Shown: positions 21,866 through 34,200 of the stretch, in pieces
How the letters are laid out: every line of letters starts with the position of its first letter
How positions within the stretch are numbered: the stretch's first letter is position 1
Assembly (NCBI GenBank): GCA_040285855.1
Contig: JAUFOQ010000003.1
Span: forward strand, 496,001 to 560,000
Origin: Eukaryota sp. GEM-RC1
Lineage: Eukaryota
DNA: 64,000 bases
Direction: 5' to 3'
Made by a program: the position numbers and the translations under genes
Notes under the pieces: generated by a model
The model's database searches: none
Told to the model about the DNA's origin: nothing
Seen by the model: the letters and a program-made list of their open reading frames with translations, nothing else

Positions 21866-24800
21866 ATGGACACAATGTCTTCCTCTTGTCGTCTGATTTC
21901 GCTTTCCCCTGCTGGGTCAGTTGATGATGACGATGAGATGAAGTCTTGTAACATGGGGTGTTGTGTTCTCTCTACAGAAGGAAATACATCGTGGATACGT
22001 GATCTTTCCGTTGATGGTGATATTGAACTCAATCCGGGACCTCCTCGTTCTGTACGAGCTTCCTCTACCCCACCAACTATGATCGATGCAAAGATAATCA
22101 GAGCTTCTTCCTCCTTATCACATGATGATCAGCCACTACGAATACGAAAAGAGCCACTACGAAAACACATTACCAGATCTAAGAGAAAAAAGATGAAGTA
22201 CCACAACATCAGGAGGCACCGTTGTTGTCGTGTTTGGCATGATACATATTCACATCCATTTGTTAGGTCATGTAAACTCGACGGTTTGGTTGTTTGTTCA
22301 TGTTTACAACATCTAATGATTGATAATGATTTTGAACATTTGACAGATCCTGCTCCAGATGTCATCACTGAGCCAGATAATAGTTCACGACGCTCTTTTC
22401 TCGATAGAATTCAGAAGGAATTGTGCTCACCCGGTTGTTGGCCTTCACTGTGGAAAATTGAGAATTTTATTGTTGCCAAACATTATGAAAGTATTGTCGC
22501 TGAATGCCAACGTAGTGAAAATCATCCTATTCTCTGTTATGACGATGAAGTTTTGGACGCACTTCATATTTATTGGCAGGATCTCCAGGATCCTGAAAAA
22601 GAATGTCGCTTCCTATTCAACCTATTGGATTTCAAATTACCATGCATCAAAATGATGATAAATGTCCGTCTTTTAAGCAACCTTTTTGTCATTTTATTGC
22701 ACCATGCCTTTATTGTTTAATTCCGGGGCATCAATATGAAAACTGTCCCTTTGCAGTTGCCAATTATAGTGATGTTACATTTAAGTTTAAATCATTATAC
22801 GAAAACATTAACCCAGACGTTTTGTTAAGACCTGAAGTAACGCTTGATATCTTATTGACAATGCTTCATATGCAATTAGCACAGTCAGAAAACCAGGTCC
22901 TTAAAGTGTATGATGTTGATACAAATCAATTTACACTTGAGATGTACAGAGTAAACCAAGAAGTTATTCAAGATTTTGCTAAATCGACAGAAGCTGTTCC
23001 AAAATTTCAAACATTGGTCTTTGATATTGCGCAAATTCTTCTGTTAATTGAAGAGGACGAAGACACTGAAAAGATTGATACTGAAAAGAATGATACTGAA
23101 ACAGCTGAATCCGATCAATTGTATACTCAAAATGCTCTTGATGATATGTGGAATCAATTTAAGGCTATCAGAGATTCATCATGGACTTCTCAACTACTGT
23201 CAAGATTTTTTAATTTGTGTTCTGTAATTGAATATTATATGTATGTGGATACAGCTGATGTCATCCGTATTGAGAAGGAAACAGTCATTGACACTGAAAA
23301 GATGAAGAAACAGGTAACATCATTGAAACTGAAAAGAAGTTGAAAATAGAAAAGTTATCCGACATAGGTATACCTTATTGGAGAATTTTTTTGGAACAAG
23401 GTTTGAAAGTGCAAGTATGTTGCTGTTCCAATTGTCTTTTGTGCCTATCATCATTATACTGCACAAACTTCTCCATGTCTAATGTTTTTTTGTCTATCGG
23501 CTATTAATTATTTAGTCTCAATGACATGGTATCTGCCAAATCACCAAGACTACTGTGAGTTATTCGACATATACACAGAATGGAGACATCCCCGTCTATT
23601 ATTGGAAGAACATGAAACGGTGGAGATTGTACTGCCACAAGAGAAAATAGTTGGCTCTATTGAATATCCCATCAATACCTCAAAATTAGCTAATCTAAAA
23701 TCTTTTGTCCGACTGAGCGAATTTCTAAGTTCGGTTGTTGATATTTTGACCAAAAATGATGAATGGAATACTGCCGTTGACGCTGTCCAGGTTAACTTTG
23801 AATTGGTGTTGTCATGTCTGCGGTTAATTCACAGTGCACGGAATTGCCGTATTGCCTTTGTCAATGAAGGATTACACACTTTTTTCGATCTGATTGAGAT
23901 GATTCGTCTAAATTATATTGATGATAATTGTAATATTCCTTTCATCGTTTCTGGTGAAACAGGTTCGGGTAAATCAGTTTTAACTGGAGTTGTTGTTGTT
24001 ATGGTTACTCTGGAACCAATCATTGTCTGCCAACCACGAATTTTACCAGCAACAAAACTATCAAATTTTATCAACGATTTGTGTGATACTACTTTTCCCT
24101 TGTCTGGATACCGTACAGGCAATAAGAACACAAATATCCCTCTGAATTCACAAAGGTTTATTGAAGTTCAAACTGCTGCTTATACTTCTAAATTTATAAC
24201 GAACAACAAAAATGTTGAAAAATTTATGACAATTATGGTTGATGAAGTCCATGAACGAAAATGTGATATTGACATTTTGTTAGCTCAGCTGAGGATTATT
24301 TCTCGAACTCCTCGATCTTCTTTAGGGCATTTGTTCAGCTACTATGGACACTCCAAATCCTTGTTTCAGATATTTAACTCAGGATTGTAGGAACCAGTCA
24401 TTTTATTTGAATTGTGAAAACAATTATACCATCCATGCTACTGGCAGAACCAACCCACTTGTTGTTGTTGACTATGACTGCATTAGTGTCAATACTTTTT
24501 TCCCAGACACCGTTGGTAGTCAACTTGTCCAAATCAGACTTTTCGAAGATCGTGAGGTTCTACGCCATTTTAAGTACCACGTTTTTAAAATATATCAATA
24601 TTTTACTAGCAGTGTCTGTCGTTACTACTCTCATTTCGTCAAAAATTTGAACCCAATTTCACACAAGAGTATAAACTTCAAAGAATTGGCTCAAGTTTGT
24701 CTCTGTTATTACTCGCTTGCACAGTCAATATTCAAGCGGTTTTCTCACTGTGAAGGATTTACGTTGCTTGTGTTTCTTCCTGGTAGTCCAGAAATTACTA

Positions 24801-27800
24801 CGCTTACTCAGTACATTGAGAATGAGTATACATTTCTCCTTAAACAGAAAAAACCTGATCTTGATGTATCACGTACAGTTAAACCAAATGTTCATCCTTT
24901 ATATTCAAGCCTGGATTCGAATCAACAAGACACGGCAGTGGCGAAACCAATGGAGAATCAATTCAAAATTGTTCTTGCTACAAATATAGCAGAATCTTCA
25001 CTGACAATTGACGGTGTGAAATTTGTCATTGACTGTGGTTTGTCGAAACAAACGGATGTTGATGATCTTCTGGAAACTCACCATTGCTCCATTGCTTCTT
25101 TGGACCAGCGCTCTGGTCGTGCTGGTAGAAATTCAGCTGGATTTGCGTTACGTCTTGTAAGTACAAAATTCCTTCCAAACCGTTTTCCACGACTAGACTA
25201 CGACAAACCTGAAATATTGACATGCTCATTAATTGAACCATTGTTGACGATGAAACAAATTGCTACTGACCCTACATCTTTCATCAACGAACTGCCAGAT
25301 ATTCCTTCATCAGAGAATATCCTATCTACAGTTGATGTGCTCTTCCGCAACAATGTTCTCACACAAAACAACCTCGATTCTGAGTTGACTTGTTTGGGGA
25401 AGTTGTGCAGTAAGGCGAATATTTCGTTCTTCAATTTTAAATTTTTGTTTTATTGTGTTAAAAATGATTATCTCTCTCAAGAGTTGATTATGTTAGCTGG
25501 TATCAACTCTATGTCGTTTATTCGCTGCCATCGTACTTTTGATTCATTTTATGATTTATTCAAATTTTCAGAATCAATTGATGTATTAAAATCTCTATCA
25601 ACTTTGGGAAATGATGAGGAAATTTCTGAATTTGTTTGTTCAGATATGTTTTTAAAATTATCACTGGTTGATTACATTTTTCGTGCAAAATTTACTAAAC
25701 TTCCGGTTGAAAAATACGATTCAACAGAACCAAGGTATAAAGGCGCTATTGATAATCTATCTAGATATGTACATTTAAAAAAACTAGAGAGATATTTGAA
25801 TGAACTAAGATCTCTTGTTTCACGGTTCCAGTATATGGAAGACTCCCCACCTACTCTTGTAAAAAAATTAGTTAATCTTAAGTCCACTGCCTTGATGCTG
25901 TTAAATTTTGTTACCAATCCTTCCGAATCTACTCTCGTTGAATTTCTTCAACAATCATCGATTTTTGTTGTACTTTTGTCACTCTTCAAATTCAGCAATG
26001 ACCCTCTACCAAGCAGTTGTGGCCTCGTATCCCAATAAGGCCTTCCACACAACTGTGGTAAACAATTCATCTTCTCAAATCCAATTGAAACTGTATGGCA
26101 GAGTTAAAGACAAAGAATCTTTTGACAAATTTATTGAAACGTTGTTTGGTAAACAGTTCGTTGTTCAAGGGTTGTTAAAACAGGGTAAGATTCCGAATTT
26201 TGGTATCTACTTACAAGACAATGAAAGTTCCACTGCAATATTTACATCACATTTTTCTGATCAGTATCAAGATCAATTGTTCATTCACAAGTGTAGTGGA
26301 AATGTAAATTCAATTAAGAAGTTCAAAATCAAATTGTACTTTGACCACAATAGATTCTTTAGTGGTCGTACGATTGTATGGGATAAGGCAACAGAATTTA
26401 TTAAAGACAAATCTTTTTGGGAAATGTATAGTCAATTGTATCATTGGGATCACATTGAATGTTGTGAGAAAAAAACTATTATGCTACAATTTGAAGTTGC
26501 TGCAAAACCATGTACTGATTTAATTCAGTACAATCGTCTTGACTATGAGAAATTTTATTCAGTCAACTGTAACAAGACACTGTTTCCTCTTCCTACTGTT
26601 CTAGCTCCTACTAGTGATACTGCAAGTTACCACAATGGAATTTTTGTTGGAGACAAGCTGCCCCAATTATTATCATTTATCCCGTGCACAACTAATTTGT
26701 TCATCATATGGTTAATGAACTTCAATATTAACTCAGAATCAGAATTAGAATTTGAAAAACCAGTTGTCAAGATCGGTAGACCAGATCACTGTTCTGACAA
26801 CAATTATCTTCAATTATATTTATTAAGTCACGAGCTAGATCTTAATGGAATATTTCAAGTTAAACGTCTCTGGAATGTGTTCTGGTCTTATCAAGAGTCA
26901 TTTATTGAATCAACTTTTGGATGTATCAACAGATTACGCATTCTGGTATATTTGACTGAACAAGGAATTGTTTCTTCAGTTGATTTATCCGCTTTTTGTC
27001 AAAGAATTGCTTGTATTGATTTGAGTAGATTTGAGGATCAATCAGTTGCTGTGGATTTTGTCAAAGAAGACATCATCATTTTCAGCTTTTGAAATTTCAA
27101 TTGAGAGATGAAAGCAACATGTTGATGTGTTTTAATCCTTCGTGTCCAATCTGTGGGATACTATCTGTTGATCTAAATTCTATTTTGAATTCTGAAATTA
27201 CAGTTCGTACTGAACAAATGATTGCTGAAGCTACTGAAATTGCTGAAGGTACTGAAGAAATGATTGTTGAAGCTACTGAAGAACCATGTGTTAGTGATTT
27301 ATTGTCTTGGACTAATACCAATTGTAAAGTCAATACTTACTCTGCGACATATTTGGGACAAAGTTGTAAAATTCTGAATTTTGTACATAATTCAGGTTCT
27401 TTGTTCTATGTTGTATTTGAACAAGAGTTCAAAATCCACATTGGAACATTAGATTTGGCAGACAACAACAGTGTCGTTGAGCATGTGACGGAGGTTGAGG
27501 CTGTGACGGAGTTCGATCCTACTGCTGTCGTGTTGTTTGTTGGCAAAAATTTTGTTTTCTACAACAATGGTAAAGTCCTCAAATTTTTTAAACGTAGCTC
27601 GGGAAGAGTTGAAGAATTCTGCAAACCCTTTGAACATCAATTAACAATGTTTGCTCTTCATGGCCAATTGGGTGGATATGCTGTACTGGTAGCTTCTGAA
27701 GGTCCCAAATTTTTTCTACATTACAAGAAGCCATCTGGAAAAGTTGGTCGAAAAGCATTGCCATGTGCACCAAATCGCAGTGACCCCAATGTTATTGACA

Positions 27801-28959
27801 TGGTTGGTACATCCAATTCTTTCATTTGTATATCGAATTGTATATTGTCGGTTATTTCAGTTACAGAAACTGACAAAAAAGACTTAGAATGGGATTCTCT
27901 TTCAATATTGTTAGATTTAGATGATTTAACAATTGAACGCGGAGAACAGTTTAAAAAATTAAGACGTTATGACAATTTGATATTAATTGCTGGTACATTA
28001 ACCATCCGAAAGCTAGATTTGTATGAAAAGCAGCGGCTTGATACAAAAGTAATGGATCTTTGTACATGTCATCACGATGACAGAATTATAGATGCAGTCT
28101 ATGTACAACGTTATGACACAATAATGTACATAACTGAATTAGGGTTTTGTATTGGTTTCGGTTTGAAACTGCCACAGAAACAGATTCAATTTATAATTGA
28201 TTGTTCATGTGGTGAGTTAACAGGTCAAATGTTAAAAATCGATTTTTGCAATGATTTAAATTCTTTCATTGTTCTGAAAAGGATGGGACACTGTTAATGC
28301 TTTCAGCATTATCTGTGATTGGTATTTCTGGTGTACAATTTGCAGTTCATGATGTTCGTTATTGTGATTCAAAAAATATTTACGAACAACGATTTCTTGA
28401 ACTACATGCTTTACGTATGCAGTCGACACAACAAGTTCAACAAGTTGAGATTCCTGTTGTTGAAGAAAGTGCTCATCCCATTGACATTGATACAACGAAA
28501 AGACTTCAGTTTCTTCAATCTAGATGGAGTGTTGATGAAAAAATCAACAAGGTGAAGCATTTGTTGACTATATTTGAGTTACAAAAAGTTGTAATTACAA
28601 CTGATTCAGCTGAAAAAGTAAGGAAACTTTCAAGGCTTGTTTCTGAGGTTGCTTTTAGAGTTGTGACACTAGAGGGTGGAAAACCACGAAAGATTACATC
28701 AAGTCTGAAAACATTCGATGAACATACTGGTCCTGTTTTATTGATCAGTACTACTCAATTAGCGGTTAACCATTCTGTTCAGGCTGATCTTTGTATAATC
28801 TTTGATCTGCCAAATGATGCCAGACATGTTCACAAATTGTATGAACATAATCAAAAAATCGTTGTCTTTTACGATTCTATCAGTGATAAGGACAAAAAGC
28901 AAAATTTAGAAAAACACTTCTTTAGACCCTCAGGATTGCAAGCACTTCATTTTATATAG
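21866..28959 (+). CDS. Putative polyprotein 1 (frameshift-interrupted): 2A peptide, CCHC knuckle, DEAH-box helicase, unknown region, beta-rich region, helicase-C-like domain
   Basis: Seven overlapping or closely spaced + ORFs. Motifs: WIRDLSVDGDIELNPGP; CLYCLIPGHQYENC; GETGSGKS; CQPR; VDEVHER; LVFLPG; LATNIAESSLTIDGVKFVIDCG; QRSGRAGR; C-terminal LLISTT...ADLCIIFDLP. Joining them into one frame is inference. Confidence 0.7.
21992..22042 (+). other. 2A/StopGo ribosomal-skipping motif #1
   Basis: WIRDLSVDGDIELNPGP is a perfect D-[VI]-E-x-N-P-G-P motif with picorna-like-virus upstream context. Confidence 0.85.
23900..25420 (+). CDS. DEAH/RHA-family SF2 helicase core (frameshift near 24330)
   Basis: Motifs I (GETGSGKS), Ia (QPR), II (DEVH), IV (VFLPG), V (ATNIAESSLTI) and VI (QRSGRAGR), followed by PEIL...L and an HA2-like LT.LG. 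Confidence 0.9.
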
Positions 28960-29411
28960 TCTTTCAATAATTCATTGATGTTTTTGTATTATGTAGAACA
29001 ATATACTTTATTACAATTTTTCTTTATTTATCAATCAACGAAGAAGTTGATTGATTGGTTTTATCTGGTCTAAATTTATAATTTATACCATGATTTTTCA
29101 CATAAACTATGCTACCACATCTACACTGAATATGTAACAAATTGGTCTGGTTTTATATGTCACATTTTCTGACATACTAAATCTGTAACAAATTTCTGTC
29201 AGATTTCAGATGGATGAAATTCACGGATTGTTCTGTATGTAATAACTATGTAACAAAACATTGATATTTAGACTACGTCTGACACATTTCATTGAACATT
29301 GTAATATTGTACAAATATTGTTTATTTGATGTGTTATTCTTATATGTTATACAAAATTATAAATACATCTATATTGTACTATTTATTCTCTATCACTGTC
29401 AATTCATTTTT

Positions 29412-30971
29412 TTAAAGTCTTTTTGATTCCAAAAGCACTTGCAGTGGTTTTAATTCTTCGTTTTCCTGTTTTTTCCCTAAAACTTCATTTTCGTCTTTTG
29501 TCTTTAACGATTTGATTTCAAATTTTGTTGTTGAACCATCAATTACATTTTGTTCTGTCACCAAATCAGGTTGTACACTCTGAAGTAAATCATACATAAC
29601 AAGACATAGATTTTTTCTTGATCTGTCAGTGTATAATTTTGTCTGATTTTGTTCCTGACGTGCATCAACCATTAATCCTTGTAAAATTAAAGTAACATTC
29701 AAACAGACAATCCATCCACAGATAAGAGACGATGTGGACTGTGCAAAAGGTATATAGTAGTCCACCTTATACTGTGGTAATCTTGCAAACAGATTTGTTT
29801 CCCCACATCCATAAACAGTTCTAAAAGGATTAACGATTAATTCAGTGGTTAATGAGTAATCCAAAGAATCATATATATTGAATAATAATACATTTGCTTC
29901 ATTTAGAAACAATTCAATAAGAATCCAATGACCAGATCCTGCATCACCAGGAACATGTTCTTTCACCAAACATAATGGGGCAAGAATTCTTTTTCCTGAT
30001 TTTAGTGTATCGACAATAGCCTTACCAGAATGTAAGGCATAGCATATTGGATCACCTACCAACTGTTGAGTTTCTTGAGATTGCAGGAACTTATACCTAT
30101 TTGATTTAAATTTTTGGAATGCAAGCATCACAATGAAATCAAGTTCAGAACTCAACAAGAGTTGTGTTTTACCTTCCCTATCATCCTTTGTCAACATTTT
30201 CTCAATATCACTAAATCCAAATTTAAATTTTGAATTTATGTAAAACTGATCACTGATTAAATCTGCAGAAAGAATCAACGGGTTACGTTGTTTTTTGCGT
30301 TTCATAGGTTTAGATAAATTAGCATTATCACTGACTGGAACAGAAACTATTTCAGATGGTTCAGAGAAAATAGAATGAATATGATTGATTCCAAAGTTAT
30401 CAATACGACGTTTTGGTGAAGGAATTAAGACTTGTGATGGAGTATTGTCAATGCGAGTATTGTCATAATCATGTAAAAGAGTAGGAGACTGAGGCCGAGG
30501 AGGAGGAGAACGAGCAATTGTAACTCGTTTAACGTCTTTGAGTAGATCCTTAAGATGATTTAGAGTTGAAGTTGTTGAAGGAAGTGGAAGAGATATGTCA
30601 CGCTTCTCATAAGAACCATCAAAAGGAAAGAGATGAACAGTTTCTAGATCAACATCTAGCACAATGGCAACGGCTGATTTGTAGTTGAGGCAAAAATCCA
30701 TGGTACCCTTTTTAAGATCATCTGGTAAGTCAGATGTTGACACTTCCGTTATGTGAATGGATTTAGTTCTCCATGAATTGTATGTTCCATAAGGAAGAAG
30801 AACAAGTGACAAGTTAACTGCATACTTATCAGCAAGCTTTACAACAAGTTTCATATATGTTTTGATGGTACGGGAACGACTTTCTTGTTCAGAAGTATTT
30901 CTGAGTTTGAAGATTGAGTAGGACATGGGAAATTCTGGTATAGACTTTATTACAGATTTCGTTCCAGACAA
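29412..30971 (-). CDS. Protein with a C-terminal Ulp1/C48-family cysteine protease domain
   Basis: ILAPLC...GSGHWILI...IYDSL...AQSTSSLICGW gives H-D-Q-C catalytic residues in Ulp1 order. Intact frame; likely ATG at MSYSIF. Confidence 0.75.
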   Translation of the reverse strand: MSGTKSVIKSIPEFPMSYSIFKLRNTSEQESRSRTIKTYMKLVVKLADKYAVNLSLVLLPYGTYNSWRTKSIHITEVSTSDLPDDLKKGTMDFCLNYKSAVAIVLDVDLETVHLFPFDGSYEKRDISLPLPSTTSTLNHLKDLLKDVKRVTIARSPPPRPQSPTLLHDYDNTRIDNTPSQVLIPSPKRRIDNFGINHIHSIFSEPSEIVSVPVSDNANLSKPMKRKKQRNPLILSADLISDQFYINSKFKFGFSDIEKMLTKDDREGKTQLLLSSELDFIVMLAFQKFKSNRYKFLQSQETQQLVGDPICYALHSGKAIVDTLKSGKRILAPLCLVKEHVPGDAGSGHWILIELFLNEANVLLFNIYDSLDYSLTTELIVNPFRTVYGCGETNLFARLPQYKVDYYIPFAQSTSSLICGWIVCLNVTLILQGLMVDARQEQNQTKLYTDRSRKNLCLVMYDLLQSVQPDLVTEQNVIDGSTTKFEIKSLKTKDENEVLGKKQENEELKPLQVLLESKRL

Positions 30972-31266
30972 GTGAATTTACATTCATTACTTCATTACTT
31001 ATTGGAATTAATTCATTTTCTTCTCGTCTACGACTATACATGGCTTTATAGCAAATGAATTTAGAAGAGAACTAAGTCAATGAGTTTGGTTATACGATTG
31101 ACAGTCTTAAAGACTTCTTAAGTAATCACTAATGGTAACGGATGATGGTATAACATAAGAGTTGTTTTGATGTTTTGACACTCTACTGACTACAAGTGAT
31201 AGTAGAATTGTACTGTAGTCTAGACTACAGGGATGACTGAAACATTTCATTTTCCTCTATCCACAA

Positions 31267-34200
31267 ATGTTGGTTGTTTTACATTCTAACAGACACTCTG
31301 TTCCGTACAAGGCTCCTCTTTTGACCCAATATGAGGCGGAATCCCCTGCTTGGATTCTATCTCCGTTGAGTCGATATATGGATAGCTTTTTCTCCTCTCC
31401 CGTTGATGTCATGCTGCCACCTTGTTGTTTGTATTTGACCCAATATGAGGCGGAATCCCCTGCTTGGATTCTATCTCCGTTGAGTCGATATATGGATAGC
31501 TTTTTCTCCTCTCCCGTTGATGTCATGCTGCCACCTTGTTGTTTGTATTTGACCCAATATGAGGCGGAATCCCCTGCTTGGATTCTATCTCCGTTGAGTC
31601 GATATATGGATAGCTTTTTCTGTGTTGTGAAAACACTTCCATCTCTGCTGTTGTATGTACTCTACTTCTATTCATGTATCGTCCATTCCCATCCTCCGTT
31701 CCCAAAAGACCTCACCGCGGACGGTGACATTGAGTCCAATCCCGGACCGTTGTCCAAAGACTCCCTAGAGTATTTGAATCCTGGCCAATGGATAGATGAC
31801 GATGCTATCTTTCAATATTGTGCGTACCTTTTTAACTCTGCTGGACTAGCATTGGATCTATACTGTATCCTCTCTAGTGTGATGAATGGATTAATTACTG
31901 ATCTTTCACCTGAACATAAACAAACTGTAGATCGACAAATTCGTATTGCTAAAACCACCGGTACTCGATTCCTCATTGCTCCTATCAATGACGGTATGAC
32001 TGCCCTGTCTGCGTCACGCTCATTTTCAGGATCTCATTGGGGTGTTATTCTATTGGACTGTGTACAAAATGTTGCAACAGTTATTGATCCAATACTAAAT
32101 TCTACCTATTTGAACCCCATTGTTGATAAATTCAGAGAAAAAATGCCAAGTTTCACGATACGTTATGCAAACGTCCTGAAATCTCAGACTCCAAGTGATT
32201 GTGGAATTTATGTCATTGCATATGTTCAAAAATACTTACAAATTCTTACAACACATGAAAGTTTGTCTGATCTATCGATTGATTTTTTTTGCAGAGAAGA
32301 TGTGTGAAGTTAACAATGAACTTAATGCTGCAGATCTCCGTAAACAGATTCAGAAATTGTTTACTTATGTCGACGATCAATTGTTCATCAAATATTCCAA
32401 AATACTTGTGGAATCAAAAGGTTTAATCTTTTATGACCATGTAATTAGGCCAACTGATTTATATCCGTTATTATATGGTGACCAACCCTATAATAAATAT
32501 CCATTTTCAGAATTTTTGACACAGAAATTCTTCCAATGTGGTCAAAACAACCAACAAATGCTACTTGTTCCTGTCAATAGTGCAATGTGTGATCTTACTG
32601 CTGATGGTCGTCATTGGGGTTTAATTGTTCTGATCATTTCATCTCCTACAAGTCATATTTTATTCATTGATCCGACCTACGTTGAGGATGATTATGCCAG
32701 AGAATTTCCTGCTAACCAAACGCCAGTTGCACCATCTTCCTCCAATTTATTTACAATTGTGTCAAAAATTTATTCAGTGTTGTCAATGTGTGAAACCAGA
32801 AATATAGAATTTATTCCATCAAATATCAAACATACTCTAACTGACTCTGGTTTTTGTGTTCTCGAATACATTGATCTTTTAATGAATTTAGATCAATCTG
32901 TGGTCATAAGGTGGACTGATGTTAAAGAACTGCTGGGTAATACCACTATTGCTGTTCACGAGTCTCGAAGTAAAATTTTGGAACATTTTGAAACTTTTAG
33001 TCCTGTTGATTTGTCGCATGTGCCAAAAATGCCAGCCGTCCCTCCAAAACGTTTGTCCAGTTCAAGTGTTTCAACCGGTGCCACTCCTTAAACTAAAGTT
33101 TCTGCCATTAACTTATTGCCACCGACTGTATCAAAACCTGTTCCTGCGTCTCTCACAGGTTTGCGTCTAGCTAGCACTAAAGCATCCACTGGTTTAAGCA
33201 CCAAAAAAAGTAAACCCAAACTTGCATCACCAAGAGGTTCACCTCTAATTAAACAAAAGGAATCCAGAACAACCAACTCCCTTGTATCAACTGGTATCAC
33301 TCCTCAAACTAACATTTCTGTGACCACCGTATCTGAACCCGTTCCTTCGTCTCCAACTCCTAAACCATCAATTACAGAACAAGAACCCAATAAATCACAA
33401 AAGTTCTGTCTAATTGAGATAAAAAGTGTGATCTCAGATCCTGAACGCTTGAATCTTAAAGTCGTTCGAGTTAAACAGGAGCCAGAAGTAGACGAAGAGA
33501 TTGAATCAACTTCAGAAGGTATTCCACAAATTCAGGATACTACGTTTGAAATTCAGCGTGATCCAGATTTAGATCCAATTGTGTCGATCTCTCTTCAGTT
33601 TACCCATGATAAATTTGCAAATGAAACTCACCTATTCACCCGTAATGTTTCAGAAATTTCACTTTCTAATTGTGTAGTTCACACGTTTACAACTGAAAAA
33701 TCAATGTTAACAAATTTCATTACATTTTTAAATCTTAACAAGCCCAGTTTGTTAATAAGTTATGATTGGCATTTAGATACTTTTCCGTTTTTAGTATCAC
33801 GATTTAAAAAATTAGAAATTGACATTGATTATACAATTGATGATTACATTTCTTCTCTTCCATCTTGGTTCCACAGATGGTGCAAACCAACGGAAATTGG
33901 CCCTTTTTATTCCCTTGACTTGAATTCAGTATTGAAGAAGTTGTATGTCTTTAGAAGAGGTCGGTTTTTGGAAAACGTGACAACAATTATGATGGACATG
34001 AATAATCATTCAAGAACATTTGAAAGTTTTGACAAGGAAAATATCTTCCTTAAGAGAATATTTCATTCTTTAGACAATCCTCTAGTGTCAGATGAAGAAA
34101 TTAAGGTTAAAACTGATGAACGTCAAAACAAAGCGCCATCTGTGAAACTAAAACCCAAGGCTGTTATGGAGATTCGATTGTTAGCAGAATTAACAAAACT

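Noticed and set aside
30780..30930. MADS-box-like pattern at the N-terminus of the Ulp1 ORF
   Set aside because: Only a vague spacing resemblance; the conserved RxxTFxKR core is absent.
32280..32292. Programmed ribosomal frameshift at the T-run between the protease domains
   Set aside because: Similar single-base slips occur throughout the window, including in host genes, so a homopolymer error is the simpler explanation.
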